From Candidatus Micrarchaeota archaeon (GTDB lineage: Archaea; Micrarchaeota; Micrarchaeia; Norongarragalinales; Norongarragalinaceae): 64,000 nt of DNA. Position numbers and translations under genes: made by a program. Where the stretch lies: the NCBI GenBank assembly GCA_016207165.1, contig JACQQD010000001.1, positions 1 through 64,000 on the forward strand, in the 5' to 3' direction. How positions within the stretch are numbered: the first letter of the stretch is position 1; every line of letters begins with the position of its first letter. This document shows positions 30,823 through 39,786 of this stretch, piece by piece. The notes under the pieces were generated by a model. It was not told where the DNA came from. It saw only the letters and a program-made list of their open reading frames with translations, and did no database searches.

Positions 30823-31961
30823 CCGTGATTCGCGACGCCATCCACGGCGGCATTGAAGTCAACGACTTGGAAAAAAAAATCGTGGACCACCCCCTGTTCC
30901 AGCGCCTCCACGGAGTCCGGCAATTGTCCGTGGCGCACCTAGTCTACCCTTCCGCGCTTCACACGCGCTTTGAGCACTCCCTGGGCTCCATGCACCTCAC
31001 CGGCACGTTGGCGGAGCGCCTGAATCTTTCCGAGGAGGAAATCCAGCTCGTGCGCGTGGCCGCCTTGCTTCACGACGTGGGCCACGGCGCGTTCTCGCAC
31101 ACCTCCGACGAACTGCTTGAAGAACGCACAGGCAAAACCCACGAAATGCGGGGCCTGGACTTAGTGCAACAAACCACGCTCACCGACACTCTGGAGGAAA
31201 ACGGCATCCGCATTTCCGACCTCAAGAACCGTTTTGAAGGCGTTGGAGCCGGAGCACTCATCACCCACGAACTGGGAACGGACCGCATGGACTACTTGCT
31301 CCGCGACGCGTATTTCACGGGAGTGGGCTACTCCAGCGTCGACCACCAACGACTGCTGGAAACCATGGCCCTAAAAGACGGACGACTCTACATCCAAGAA
31401 AAAGGCGTGGTGGCCGCGGAAAGCCTGCTGGTATCCCGTCACCTCATGTTCAACGCCGTCTATTTGCATCCGACGGTGCGCATCGCGTCGGCCATGGCTC
31501 AAGCCATGCTGGCCAGCGCGCTGTCGGAAGGCCAAGCCAGCCTCAACGACGTGGCGCAAGGCACCGACGAATCCCTGCTGAACCAACTCGCACCGAAAAA
31601 CGCGTGGTCTCAACGCCTCAAAGAACGCCGCCTACTCAAAAAAGCCGTGGTCCAAGCCACCGCCGACATGGGGGAAGAAACCCAAGCGTTTCTTGGGCAA
31701 AAAAACGCGGAAGAAAAAATGACGGACGCGCTTCATGACGCCGGCATCAAGGAATGCGTCATCTGCCTGCCGCCCAAACGAAAAAAACACGAGGGCATCC
31801 AAGTGAAAACCGAAGCCGGCGACGTTGAACCCCTCGAAAAACACTCGGCCCTGCTCAAGGCCCTCAACGTACCGTCCAGCCGCGACACGCTCATTGTCGC
31901 CGTGGACGAGAAAAACAAGGAAAAGGCCGCTCAAACCATCCAACAGCTTTTGAAAGGCTAA
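30819..31961 (+). CDS. HD-domain phosphohydrolase (dNTPase/SAMHD1-like)
   Basis: IRDAIHG, FQRL, HTRFEHSLG, LLHDVGHGAFSH, DRMDYLLRD. Confidence 0.93.
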   Translation: MTVIRDAIHGGIEVNDLEKKIVDHPLFQRLHGVRQLSVAHLVYPSALHTRFEHSLGSMHLTGTLAERLNLSEEEIQLVRVAALLHDVGHGAFSHTSDELLEERTGKTHEMRGLDLVQQTTLTDTLEENGIRISDLKNRFEGVGAGALITHELGTDRMDYLLRDAYFTGVGYSSVDHQRLLETMALKDGRLYIQEKGVVAAESLLVSRHLMFNAVYLHPTVRIASAMAQAMLASALSEGQASLNDVAQGTDESLLNQLAPKNAWSQRLKERRLLKKAVVQATADMGEETQAFLGQKNAEEKMTDALHDAGIKECVICLPPKRKKHEGIQVKTEAGDVEPLEKHSALLKALNVPSSRDTLIVAVDEKNKEKAAQTIQQLLKG

Positions 31962-31968
31962 CCCCCGA

Positions 31969-32217
31969 CTAGGAAATCAATCCGACTTCCTCTACTTGCA
32001 CGTTGGAAACGCCTTCCAAGGCCTTGACTTCCTCCTCGAAGTCCCGGCCCGATCCGTCTTCCGTGACAAACGACGCCTGAATGACGCGGGTTCCAAACAC
32101 GTAGTCGATGACGTGCGCCTTGTTCACGCCGTCAACGGACTTGACCTTCTCCAAAACGTCTTCGGGCGCAACGCCCTCGACCGGAAACACTTTCATGACC
32201 ACCATGACTTTACCCAT
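31969..32217 (-). CDS. ef1b: translation elongation factor 1-beta
   Basis: MGKVMVVMKVFP...VFG...EEEVKALEGVSNVQV; conserved linkage to the zinc-finger gene upstream. Confidence 0.85.
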   Translation of the reverse strand: MGKVMVVMKVFPVEGVAPEDVLEKVKSVDGVNKAHVIDYVFGTRVIQASFVTEDGSGRDFEEEVKALEGVSNVQVEEVGLIS

Positions 32218-32227
32218 TGCAAACCAC

Positions 32228-32644
32228 CTAAATGCCCAACTGCGCTTTGACGCGCGAACTCTTAAACTTCTCCGGCTCCAACGCCTTGGCGCGCACGACT
32301 TCCAACGACAAGCCGCGTTCCTTGGCAAACGACAAAATGCCGGATTCGTCCACGCGCTGGTCGTACCCCAGCACCACCACTTCCGGCCGCTCCTCCAAGA
32401 GCACGTCCCAGAGGCTTCCGCCGAGATTTCCCAGACGCGCGCGGTCCACCCGCTTCTGTTCGGAAACCATGTCCAAGCGCTGGCCCTCCGAGAAAAACGG
32501 CTTTCGGCCCTTGATTTTATGGGCCGTGGCGTCCCGCGCCACAACCACCACTAGAAAGTCGCCGTGCTTTTTGGCCTGCCGAAACAAAGCCAAGTGGCCC
32601 GGATGCAAAAAATCAAACGTGCCAGCCACCAATACCTTTTTCAT
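32228..32644 (-). CDS. ribL: archaeal FAD synthase (cytidylyltransferase family)
   Basis: GTFDFLHPGH, VVVARD, LGYDQ, KSS. Confidence 0.88.
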   Translation of the reverse strand: MKKVLVAGTFDFLHPGHLALFRQAKKHGDFLVVVVARDATAHKIKGRKPFFSEGQRLDMVSEQKRVDRARLGNLGGSLWDVLLEERPEVVVLGYDQRVDESGILSFAKERGLSLEVVRAKALEPEKFKSSRVKAQLGI

Positions 32645-32793
32645 GGCCCCAAATTCCCGCACGAAATGCACTTGTACTCGTTGCCGCGGGCCTTGCAGTC
32701 CGCGCACCGAACCAAGACGGCCCCGCAACTGGGGCAAGGAAATTTCGTGGCCTTGTCGCGCGCGTCGCGACCGCAACTCATGCAAACCGTCAT
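32641..32793 (-). CDS. 50-aa four-CxxC zinc-finger protein (HVO_2753/DUF1610-like)
   Basis: Manual translation MTVCMSCGRDARDKATKFPCPSCGAVLVRCADCKARGNEYKCISCGNLGP; GAGGT RBS; ATGA overlap with ribL. Confidence 0.9.
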   Translation of the reverse strand: MTVCMSCGRDARDKATKFPCPSCGAVLVRCADCKARGNEYKCISCGNLGP

Positions 32794-32894
32794 GTCAATA
32801 AACCTCTTGCATTGCCCTGTGACTCCAACCGCTTTTATACGTTTTCAGACCCGAAGCCCGCACGATTAAAACGCAGAACCACCCAACGCCCTAC

Positions 32895-33890
32895 GTGGGA
32901 TTCCTGTACGCTGACGTGGACCGGAAAGGGCGGCACAAAGTGGCCATCCAGCTGGGTCGGCACGGCCAACCGGACGCCACGGTGCCGGGCGGAATGCTGA
33001 CCTTCCAGGACCGGTTGGAACCGGAAATCAAAAGACAGCACACGGTATTCATTGAAATGGTGCCTGGCGCGGGAACGGGAACGCGGGAAGACCAAGTGGC
33101 ATTCTACCACCAAACCAACCAGGACGTACAGCACTCCATCAACGCACTGCTTTCGTCATCCACGGCCAATCCCAGCGATTTGAATCGAATGGTCACCCAG
33201 GAAAAGCCGGAACTGGTGTTCCCCGATGCCCACGTCACCAACGCCATGGTGGACCGATTCATTGAACAAGGCGGAACCCGAAGGCAGCAGGTCGAATGGG
33301 CACAGGGCGGGGTTGGGTTCCTAGGCGCAGGCACCGCGCTTTGGTTCTGGACAAAAAAAAGACGGCAAGACAAAGCCGCCTCCGGCACCAAAAGCAGGAA
33401 AAAAAGGGCGGCCGAGACGATGACCAGGCGCCAATTCTTCAAGCGAAGCGGCGTGGCGTTGGCCGCCACGGCAGCCGGCATTGCCGCCGTCAAGGAACTG
33501 GACTACGTCTCCCCGATTTGGTCGTGGTGGATGCGCCGACCCGGACTCATCAGCGGAATCCGGGACTGGGCGCGGCGGCTTGGCGGACGCAACCACGAAT
33601 CCATGGACTTCATCAAGCTCCGCAACGTCGTCATGGCCGAAAAAATCGCTCGCTTCATGCGCCACCAGTTCAAGGACGAACCCGCCGAAGCCGGGCTTTT
33701 AATCGGAGTGGCGCACGCCGGCATCAAGGAATATCTGGAGGACTCGGAACTGAGGCGCAAAACCATTGAGGCGTATCCGGGGCTTGACGAACTCATCGAC
33801 CGGGAATTCACCGAAAACGTCCAGCGCCACCACTACGACCCCAAGAAGGGACGATACGAGTTGGAAGACCTCAACCTCGGATTCCAGTAA
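32895..33890 (+). CDS. hypothetical protein, TraB/GumN-like motifs with internal hydrophobic segments
   Basis: GRHG, VFIE, LRNVVMAEKI and LIGVAH motifs; internal TRRQFFK followed by a hydrophobic stretch. Confidence 0.65.
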   Translation: MGFLYADVDRKGRHKVAIQLGRHGQPDATVPGGMLTFQDRLEPEIKRQHTVFIEMVPGAGTGTREDQVAFYHQTNQDVQHSINALLSSSTANPSDLNRMVTQEKPELVFPDAHVTNAMVDRFIEQGGTRRQQVEWAQGGVGFLGAGTALWFWTKKRRQDKAASGTKSRKKRAAETMTRRQFFKRSGVALAATAAGIAAVKELDYVSPIWSWWMRRPGLISGIRDWARRLGGRNHESMDFIKLRNVVMAEKIARFMRHQFKDEPAEAGLLIGVAHAGIKEYLEDSELRRKTIEAYPGLDELIDREFTENVQRHHYDPKKGRYELEDLNLGFQ

Positions 33891-33950
33891 CGCCCACCAC
33901 CCGAGAAAAAGCACCCTTAAAAAAAGGCGGCGCCACCACTTTCATGCATT

Positions 33951-34054
33951 GGGCCCATAGTATAGCCTGGACAGAATGGGAGCTTGCGGTTTCTGGAACA
34001 GGTTAAACCAGGGGCAAAAAGCTTCAGACCGGGGTTCAAATCCCCGTGGGCCCG
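33951..34054 (+). tRNA. tRNA-Arg(GCG) with 30-nt intron (33990-34019)
   Basis: GGGCCCA/TGGGCCC acceptor, GGAGC/GCTTC anticodon stem, TT-GCG-G, GGTTCAAAT T-loop; TTGC/GCAA BHB helix. Confidence 0.92.
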
Positions 34055-34059
34055 CTTTC

Positions 34060-34467
34060 ATGGAAGAAATCCCTTTGAAGCCGTTGGTCCAGCGGCTCCG
34101 ACGACTGCCGCAACACATGCAGGCAAAAACAAATGTCGAACTTTGGGGCGCGCTTGGAAACGCCGTGGCCGACTACCTTGAAGCCGACAACAAAAGCCAT
34201 GCCACCGGACGCGAATTTGCCCAGGCCTACCACCAAACACTTGAATTGGCCGAACGAGGAGTGATCCGAGAAGAACAGTACCCAGGCCTCGGGAACCTCG
34301 GCAACCCAACGATAAACAACTTGTTTCGCCTTGCGTTTCCTGGCGTGGTACAAAAAATCATTCCAGAAAAGCACTGGGAGGATGCCCGCGAAATGCATTT
34401 ACGGATAATACGGGAGCGCATGCAAGCGGTGGCGGACGCGCAATTCAGGAAGCTATCGGAGAACTAG
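34060..34467 (+). CDS. hypothetical protein
   Basis: 135-aa ORF starting 5 bp after tRNA-Arg. Confidence 0.6.
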   Translation: MEEIPLKPLVQRLRRLPQHMQAKTNVELWGALGNAVADYLEADNKSHATGREFAQAYHQTLELAERGVIREEQYPGLGNLGNPTINNLFRLAFPGVVQKIIPEKHWEDAREMHLRIIRERMQAVADAQFRKLSEN

Positions 34468-34523
34468 AAAACGTCGCGGCGTGCAAACTCTGAAATAGGT
34501 GGGGCAGAACCAGCTATTCACAT

Positions 34524-35654
34524 ATGCTCATCGGCTTGGTGGGACTGCCCAACAAAGGCAAGTCCACGCTGTTTAACGCGTTGACGCATTCTAACGCTCA
34601 AGTCGCCAACTACCCATTCACTACCATCAAGCCCAACGAGGGCGTGGCGTTCGCTACAAAAGAGTGCCCCCACGTGCAACTGGGTCTGGGCCACTGCGAC
34701 CCCAAGAATTCGGCGTGCGAAAACGGCATCCGAAAAATTCCCGTGAAAGTCCTGGACGTGGCGGGCCTGGTTTCCGGCGCTTCCAACGGAAAGGGCATGG
34801 GCAACCAGTTCTTGAACGACTTAAGCCGAGCCGACGCATTGATTGTCGTCGCCGACGCATCGGGGCAAACCGATGACGAAGGTAACCCCGCCCAAGGACA
34901 CGACGGACGCCGCGACGTGGAAATCTTGGAACAAGAACTGGATGCGTGGTTTACGCAAGTCGTGACCCGCAACGCCCAAAAAACAAAGGGCAACGCCTTA
35001 AGCGAATTCATTGAATCGCTTTCCGGTTTGAACGTTGAAAAACGCCACGTGATGGAGGCCTTGGCCGAAAACAACATTCCGGAAAACTCGCGGGAATGGA
35101 ACGCCATGGATTTGGAAAAACTCGCGGAATCCATCCGCAAAAAAACGAAGCCCTTGGTGGTGGCCGCCAACAAAATGGACTTGAAAGGGGACGCATCCGG
35201 CCTTGAAGCTCTAGGCTACCCCGTGTTTTCGACGTCCGGGGAAATGGCGTTGGCCAAACAAAAAGCCGTCAAAAACGGTTTCGCCAATGAACAAGGAGGA
35301 AAACTGGTTCCGGCGACCACCGACCCCAAGATCGTCTCCGCCATCGAAAAAATCAACGCCTTTGGAAACGACGGCGTACAGGCACTTTTGGACCACGTCG
35401 TGTTTGACGTCCTGAACCAAATCGTCGTCTTTCCAGTGGAAGACGAAACGCATTACGCCAACCATTTCGGCAAAATTCTTCCAGACGCGTTCCTCCTGAA
35501 GAAAGGCAGCACGCCCATGGATCTCGCGGAAAAAGTGCACTCCGACTTGAAGAAAGGCTTTCTGTACGCTGTGGACGCCAAAACCAAGCGCCGCCTCGGG
35601 AAAGACAGCGAACTGCAGGACGGAGCCGTCGTGAAAATCGTTTCCGCTAAGTGA
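34524..35654 (+). CDS. ychF: YchF/Ola1-family ATPase with TGS domain
   Basis: GLPNKGKST, ANYPFTTI, DVAGLV, GMGNQFL, ANKMD; C-terminal TGS domain. Confidence 0.95.
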   Translation: MLIGLVGLPNKGKSTLFNALTHSNAQVANYPFTTIKPNEGVAFATKECPHVQLGLGHCDPKNSACENGIRKIPVKVLDVAGLVSGASNGKGMGNQFLNDLSRADALIVVADASGQTDDEGNPAQGHDGRRDVEILEQELDAWFTQVVTRNAQKTKGNALSEFIESLSGLNVEKRHVMEALAENNIPENSREWNAMDLEKLAESIRKKTKPLVVAANKMDLKGDASGLEALGYPVFSTSGEMALAKQKAVKNGFANEQGGKLVPATTDPKIVSAIEKINAFGNDGVQALLDHVVFDVLNQIVVFPVEDETHYANHFGKILPDAFLLKKGSTPMDLAEKVHSDLKKGFLYAVDAKTKRRLGKDSELQDGAVVKIVSAK

Positions 35655-36708
35655 CTTTCCGAACCAAATGCCTCTTTCCCGGACCGCCCACGTTCTGTTC
35701 TTCTTCTACAACAACCAACCGCTTCGACTCCAGTTGCGCCAAATACCGTCGAAGGGACCGATCCGGAACACCCAACTCGGCTTGTAAGTCGCCGGAGTAC
35801 TTCGGTTTAGTTAAGGCAGCGAGAACCTGTTCCTCAAGAGGGGATAAGCCCTGCATGCGCTTTTTGGTGGACGCGTTGAGTTCCTCTTGTTCCGTAAACG
35901 CCTCCCGTACGTCCTGTTCCTGAATCGCCAAACCGCCGCGCCGCTCGCAGGCTTTCCCCGCCTTCCACAAAACATCCAGGGCCACGCGGGCGTCGCCTCC
36001 GTTTTTGGCGGCAAACGCGGCGCAAAGGCCAACGACGTCCTCCGGACACGTCTCTTTGCGGAATGCCTTGGCCGCACGGTCCCGCAGAATGGCTTTCAAT
36101 TGAAGCGGGTTGTAGCGCTCAAACGCCAAGGCACGCAAAGACAGCGAGCTTTTCACGCGGGCATCCATGTCGTCAAAGACTCCGGGCTCGTTGGTCAAGC
36201 ACACGACGACCAACGGTAAATTCGAGCGCGACAAATCGTAGAACACGCCGTCCTCTTTCTTGTGAAACAATTGGTCCGCCTCGTCAATGGCTACCACCAG
36301 CCTACAGCCTTTGCGCTGGACGTGGCTGAATACCTCCTGCCTCACTTCGTCGGTAGCCAATCCGCGCCGAGGAATGGGAAAACCCAGTTGCCGGGCGACT
36401 TCCGTCAAGACGCCTTGGCGGGTGTAGTGCTGCCACGCGTTGACGTACACGTATTCCGAGGACTGGGCAAAGTCCTTGAGTTGGTCCAACACGTGCTTGG
36501 CGCACGACGTCTTTCCGGTGCCTGGCGGGCCATGGACCAACACGCCAAGGCCTCGCCGGCCTTCGGCAAACGGCTTTAACGCCAAAGCCAAGGCCTGGAT
36601 TTCATTTTCCCTTCCAGGCAACACGTCGGGCAAAAATTCCGGCGAAAGCACGGATTCGTCCAGAAACACGCCGCGATCGGAAACCGAGGCGAACACGTTT
36701 TTCTTCAT
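35647..36708 (-). CDS. cdc6: Cdc6/Orc1 replication initiator family AAA+ ATPase
   Basis: PEFLPDVLPGRE, HGPPGTGKT, IDEAD, FERY, GDARVALD; C-terminal wHTH. Confidence 0.92.
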   Translation of the reverse strand: MKKNVFASVSDRGVFLDESVLSPEFLPDVLPGRENEIQALALALKPFAEGRRGLGVLVHGPPGTGKTSCAKHVLDQLKDFAQSSEYVYVNAWQHYTRQGVLTEVARQLGFPIPRRGLATDEVRQEVFSHVQRKGCRLVVAIDEADQLFHKKEDGVFYDLSRSNLPLVVVCLTNEPGVFDDMDARVKSSLSLRALAFERYNPLQLKAILRDRAAKAFRKETCPEDVVGLCAAFAAKNGGDARVALDVLWKAGKACERRGGLAIQEQDVREAFTEQEELNASTKKRMQGLSPLEEQVLAALTKPKYSGDLQAELGVPDRSLRRYLAQLESKRLVVVEEEQNVGGPGKRHLVRKVT

Positions 36709-36764
36709 TCCAACCCTCAATGGCGAAAGCCTCAATAAAGCGCTTTGCACCAATTGGCCATTGG

Positions 36765-37334
36765 ATGAGCAAGCCAACCCCTACGCCCAGGACGCCGCCG
36801 CGGGAAGCCATGGTTTCCAAAGCCGTGGTGGAAGAAGCGGTACGCCGGCACATGGACCCCCGACATCCGTTGTTTGAAGACGTCGTCAGCGAAACGTGGA
36901 TTTCCGCCCACGAAAAATCCGAAAAAAAAGGGAAACCCCTTCCAATCAGCAAAATCGCAGAAATCGCCAAAGGCAAAGCCAGCCGGACGTTGGCAGAAGA
37001 AAGACAACAGACGGGCCAGGCCATAGCCCCCGCCGGATACGCCGAAGCGGTTGCACGCCTCCACCCCCAGACCCAGGAGTTTTTCACGCCCCGGCAAGAA
37101 TGGAATGCACTCATGGATCGCTGGGGCCGACACCTCACCCAAAAAGAGCGCGACGCGTTATACTTGAAAGTCATGAAAGACTTGAGTCTACGCGACATGG
37201 TTTGGGGGCTTAAGATAACGCCGGGTGCGGCGGAAAACCGAGTCTACAAAGCGCAAAAAAAACTGTATTGGAAGCTTTGGAACGACCCCGTCGTTAGAAC
37301 CATACTGGAAAGACGAGGAGGGCCCCGAAGATGA
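36765..37334 (+). CDS. ECF sigma-factor-like protein (region 2-like plus region 4 HTH)
   Basis: FEDVVSETWISA and KIAEIAKGKASRTL resemble ECF region 2; LTQKERDALYLKVMKDLSLRDMVWGLKITPGAAENRVYKAQKKL matches the region 4 pattern. Start could be 36720, 36765 or 36810. Confidence 0.7.
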   Translation: MSKPTPTPRTPPREAMVSKAVVEEAVRRHMDPRHPLFEDVVSETWISAHEKSEKKGKPLPISKIAEIAKGKASRTLAEERQQTGQAIAPAGYAEAVARLHPQTQEFFTPRQEWNALMDRWGRHLTQKERDALYLKVMKDLSLRDMVWGLKITPGAAENRVYKAQKKLYWKLWNDPVVRTILERRGGPRR

Positions 37335-38164
37335 TCAAACCCTGGTGGCAGTTGTTGCGAGCCGAACACGGTCTCATCGTGTTCATGGCCGTCGTCGTCA
37401 GCCAATTCGTTGTCACGGGCCGGTTCGAGCAAGCGTTTCTGTACCCGGCGCTAGGGCCCCTGCTCATCACGTGGGGCGCGTTTGCGTGGGGCGACTACTT
37501 TGGGTTGAAAAGCGATGCGGCGCTCAAACGTGTGGACCGGCCCCTGGTATCCAAGAAAATCAAGCCGCGGCACGCCTTGTGGGCGGGAATCGCGTTGATG
37601 TTGGCCGGGTTGGCCGCCACCAACCCTGTTGGACGCGAGGCGTTCGCCCTGGCTGCGGTATACACGTTGTTTGCGTTCGCGTACGACCCCATCCTCAAGA
37701 AAAAGCCATTGCTTGGCAACGCCTTCATCGCTTCCGCCATGAGCGTGAGCTTCATTTACGGCAACTTGGCCGCCCAGGTGCCGTTGGACAACAAAGTGGT
37801 GCTGTATGCCGCCGTCGCGTTTCTAGCCGGCTTGGGACGCGAGTTGATCATTACGCTGCGCGACGTGGCCGGCGACAAGAAAATCGGTGCGACCACGTTG
37901 CCCATGGTGTTGGGCGCCAAGAAAACCGTGCTGCTTTCCACGGTCCTCGTCTATGCCGCCGTAGCGCTTTCCCTAGTTCCCCTGCTTCGGCCCGTTCACG
38001 TCGCCTATATTCCATTGGTGATTCTCACCGACGCCTTGTTCTTGCTGGGAACCTACTACGCCTTGCTCAGCCAAAAAACCGACCACCTCAACTCGGCCCG
38101 CCAACTGACGTTGTACGGCATGTTGTTCGGTGTTTTGGCCTTCGCGGCGCTGGGCCTCCAATAA
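37331..38164 (+). CDS. UbiA-family prenyltransferase, probable DGGGP synthase
   Basis: LLRAEH, GDYFGLKSD...RPLVS, LKKKPLLGN, RELIITLRDVAGD, TTLP. Confidence 0.88.
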   Translation: MIKPWWQLLRAEHGLIVFMAVVVSQFVVTGRFEQAFLYPALGPLLITWGAFAWGDYFGLKSDAALKRVDRPLVSKKIKPRHALWAGIALMLAGLAATNPVGREAFALAAVYTLFAFAYDPILKKKPLLGNAFIASAMSVSFIYGNLAAQVPLDNKVVLYAAVAFLAGLGRELIITLRDVAGDKKIGATTLPMVLGAKKTVLLSTVLVYAAVALSLVPLLRPVHVAYIPLVILTDALFLLGTYYALLSQKTDHLNSARQLTLYGMLFGVLAFAALGLQ

Positions 38165-38199
38165 AACGGGTTTGAAAAGAAAGCGGAAAACGGGGGCAA

Positions 38200-38487
38200 T
38201 TAGCCCAAGACTTCCAGTTTCCCAAACTTGCCCAACGTGAGTTGCGACTTGTCCTGCCACGTGTTGACGTAGCCGTTCTCGATTTTGATTTTCGAGCCTT
38301 CCTTGACCAAGTCGATGTTGTCGTTCCACAACACCAACGTAATGGTTCCGGAGTCGTCTTGAATGGTGGCGTTGGCCACCCGCAGGTTCCGGCCCATCTT
38401 GTTGATTTCACGAGGCGCGTCGACGCCCACGACTTCCGCTTCCAGGTTCACGTTGCCGGTGCCCGGCGTAAGCTCACTGATTTTCAT
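38200..38487 (-). CDS. ssb: single OB-fold ssDNA-binding protein
   Basis: MKISEL...NVNLEAEV...IQDDSGTITLVLWND...IENGYV...LTLGKFGKL. Confidence 0.9.
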   Translation of the reverse strand: MKISELTPGTGNVNLEAEVVGVDAPREINKMGRNLRVANATIQDDSGTITLVLWNDNIDLVKEGSKIKIENGYVNTWQDKSQLTLGKFGKLEVLG

Positions 38488-38639
38488 TTTTTCCTCACCT
38501 TTCACTCCAACGAGTTTCGAGTCTACAACTAACTGGATTTTTACCCGTTAAAAAAGCTTGGGTAGAAAACCCCCCACAGGATTAATAACCGCCCAAGGCC
38601 TTAAAATCTGAAAACCTGATTTTCGGAGGAAACCTCGTT

Positions 38640-39689
38640 ATGACCGACGTCACGCAAACCCTGAAAACGTTAAGCGAGCTTCACGGCCCCACCGGGCAGG
38701 AAGACGCCGTCGCCGATTTCCTTGAAAACCAATTCAAGCAATGCGGTTTTTCCGTGCGACGCGACGTGCTAGGCAACGTGATGGCTTCGAAAGGAAAAGG
38801 AAAAAAAGTCATGGTCGCCGCCCACATGGACGAAATTTCCATGTCGGTGAAAAGCATCACCGACAAAGGGTTCTTGAAGTTCGTGAAAATCGGGGGCATC
38901 TACGACCCCATGCTGGTGGGGTCCCGCGTCATGGTCCACGCCCCAAAGCCGGTCCTAGGCGTCGTGGCGGCCAAAGCCCCCCATCAAATGGACGGCGAGG
39001 AACTCAAGAAAATCCAGGAAGCCAAGGACCTCTACATTGACGTGGGCGCCTCCAACAAAAAAGAAGCCGAGAAACTCGGCATCCGCGTAGGCACCCACAT
39101 CACCTTCGTCGCCGATTTCCAGACGTTTTCCGGCGACCGCGTCATCGGCAAAGCCCTGGATGACCGGGCGGGTTGCGCCACCCTGGTTTTGCTGGCGCAC
39201 GCATTCGCCAAAAAGACGCCGCCCGTGGAACTCCACCTCGTTGGAACCGTCCGCGAGGAAAGCGGGTTGTTTGGCGCCGGCGTGGCGGCCTTCGGATTGG
39301 AGCCGGATTTGGCCATCGCCGTGGACGTCACCCACGCCTTTGGCGCCCCCGGCGCCTCCGAAGAAGAGGTTCCCGTGGCACTGGGCAAAGGGCCGGCTCT
39401 GGCCGTGATTGAAGGCGGCGGATACGGCTTGATTACTTCCCATAAAATGGTGGACTGGATTGACTCCGTGGCCAAAAAGCAGAAAGTCCCGCTTCAAATG
39501 GACGTCCACGAACGCGGCGCCACCGATGCGTCAAGAATGCAGTACAGCCGGCAAGGCCTTTTGACGGCCAGCCTCGGCATTCCCCTTCGCTACATGCACT
39601 CGCAAAGCGAAATCGTGGACACCAAAGACGTGGAACAGACCGCACAACTCGTGGAAGGCATGATCCACGCATTTCCAGACTACAAGTAA
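38640..39689 (+). CDS. M42-family (TET) aminopeptidase
   Basis: AAHMDEI, KALDDRAG, REESG, AVDV, TDA, RYMHS. Confidence 0.94.
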   Translation: MTDVTQTLKTLSELHGPTGQEDAVADFLENQFKQCGFSVRRDVLGNVMASKGKGKKVMVAAHMDEISMSVKSITDKGFLKFVKIGGIYDPMLVGSRVMVHAPKPVLGVVAAKAPHQMDGEELKKIQEAKDLYIDVGASNKKEAEKLGIRVGTHITFVADFQTFSGDRVIGKALDDRAGCATLVLLAHAFAKKTPPVELHLVGTVREESGLFGAGVAAFGLEPDLAIAVDVTHAFGAPGASEEEVPVALGKGPALAVIEGGGYGLITSHKMVDWIDSVAKKQKVPLQMDVHERGATDASRMQYSRQGLLTASLGIPLRYMHSQSEIVDTKDVEQTAQLVEGMIHAFPDYK

Positions 39690-39786
39690 AACCACCAAAA
39701 AAGAAGAGGTTTGGGTACGATTCTACCCGATCACCTAAGCTTAAGACCGCTTTGCTTTAAAGCCGGCCACACCGTTACCTAAATTC

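Noticed and set aside
33976-34059. ORF-track start inside tRNA-Arg
   Set aside because: Overlaps the tRNA; the true start is more likely 34060.
35431-35441. TTCCAGTGGAA, a canonical ORB core about 200 bp from the cdc6 3' end
   Set aside because: Single copy inside ychF encoding a conserved-looking FPVE segment; no G-string or AT-rich unwinding element nearby.
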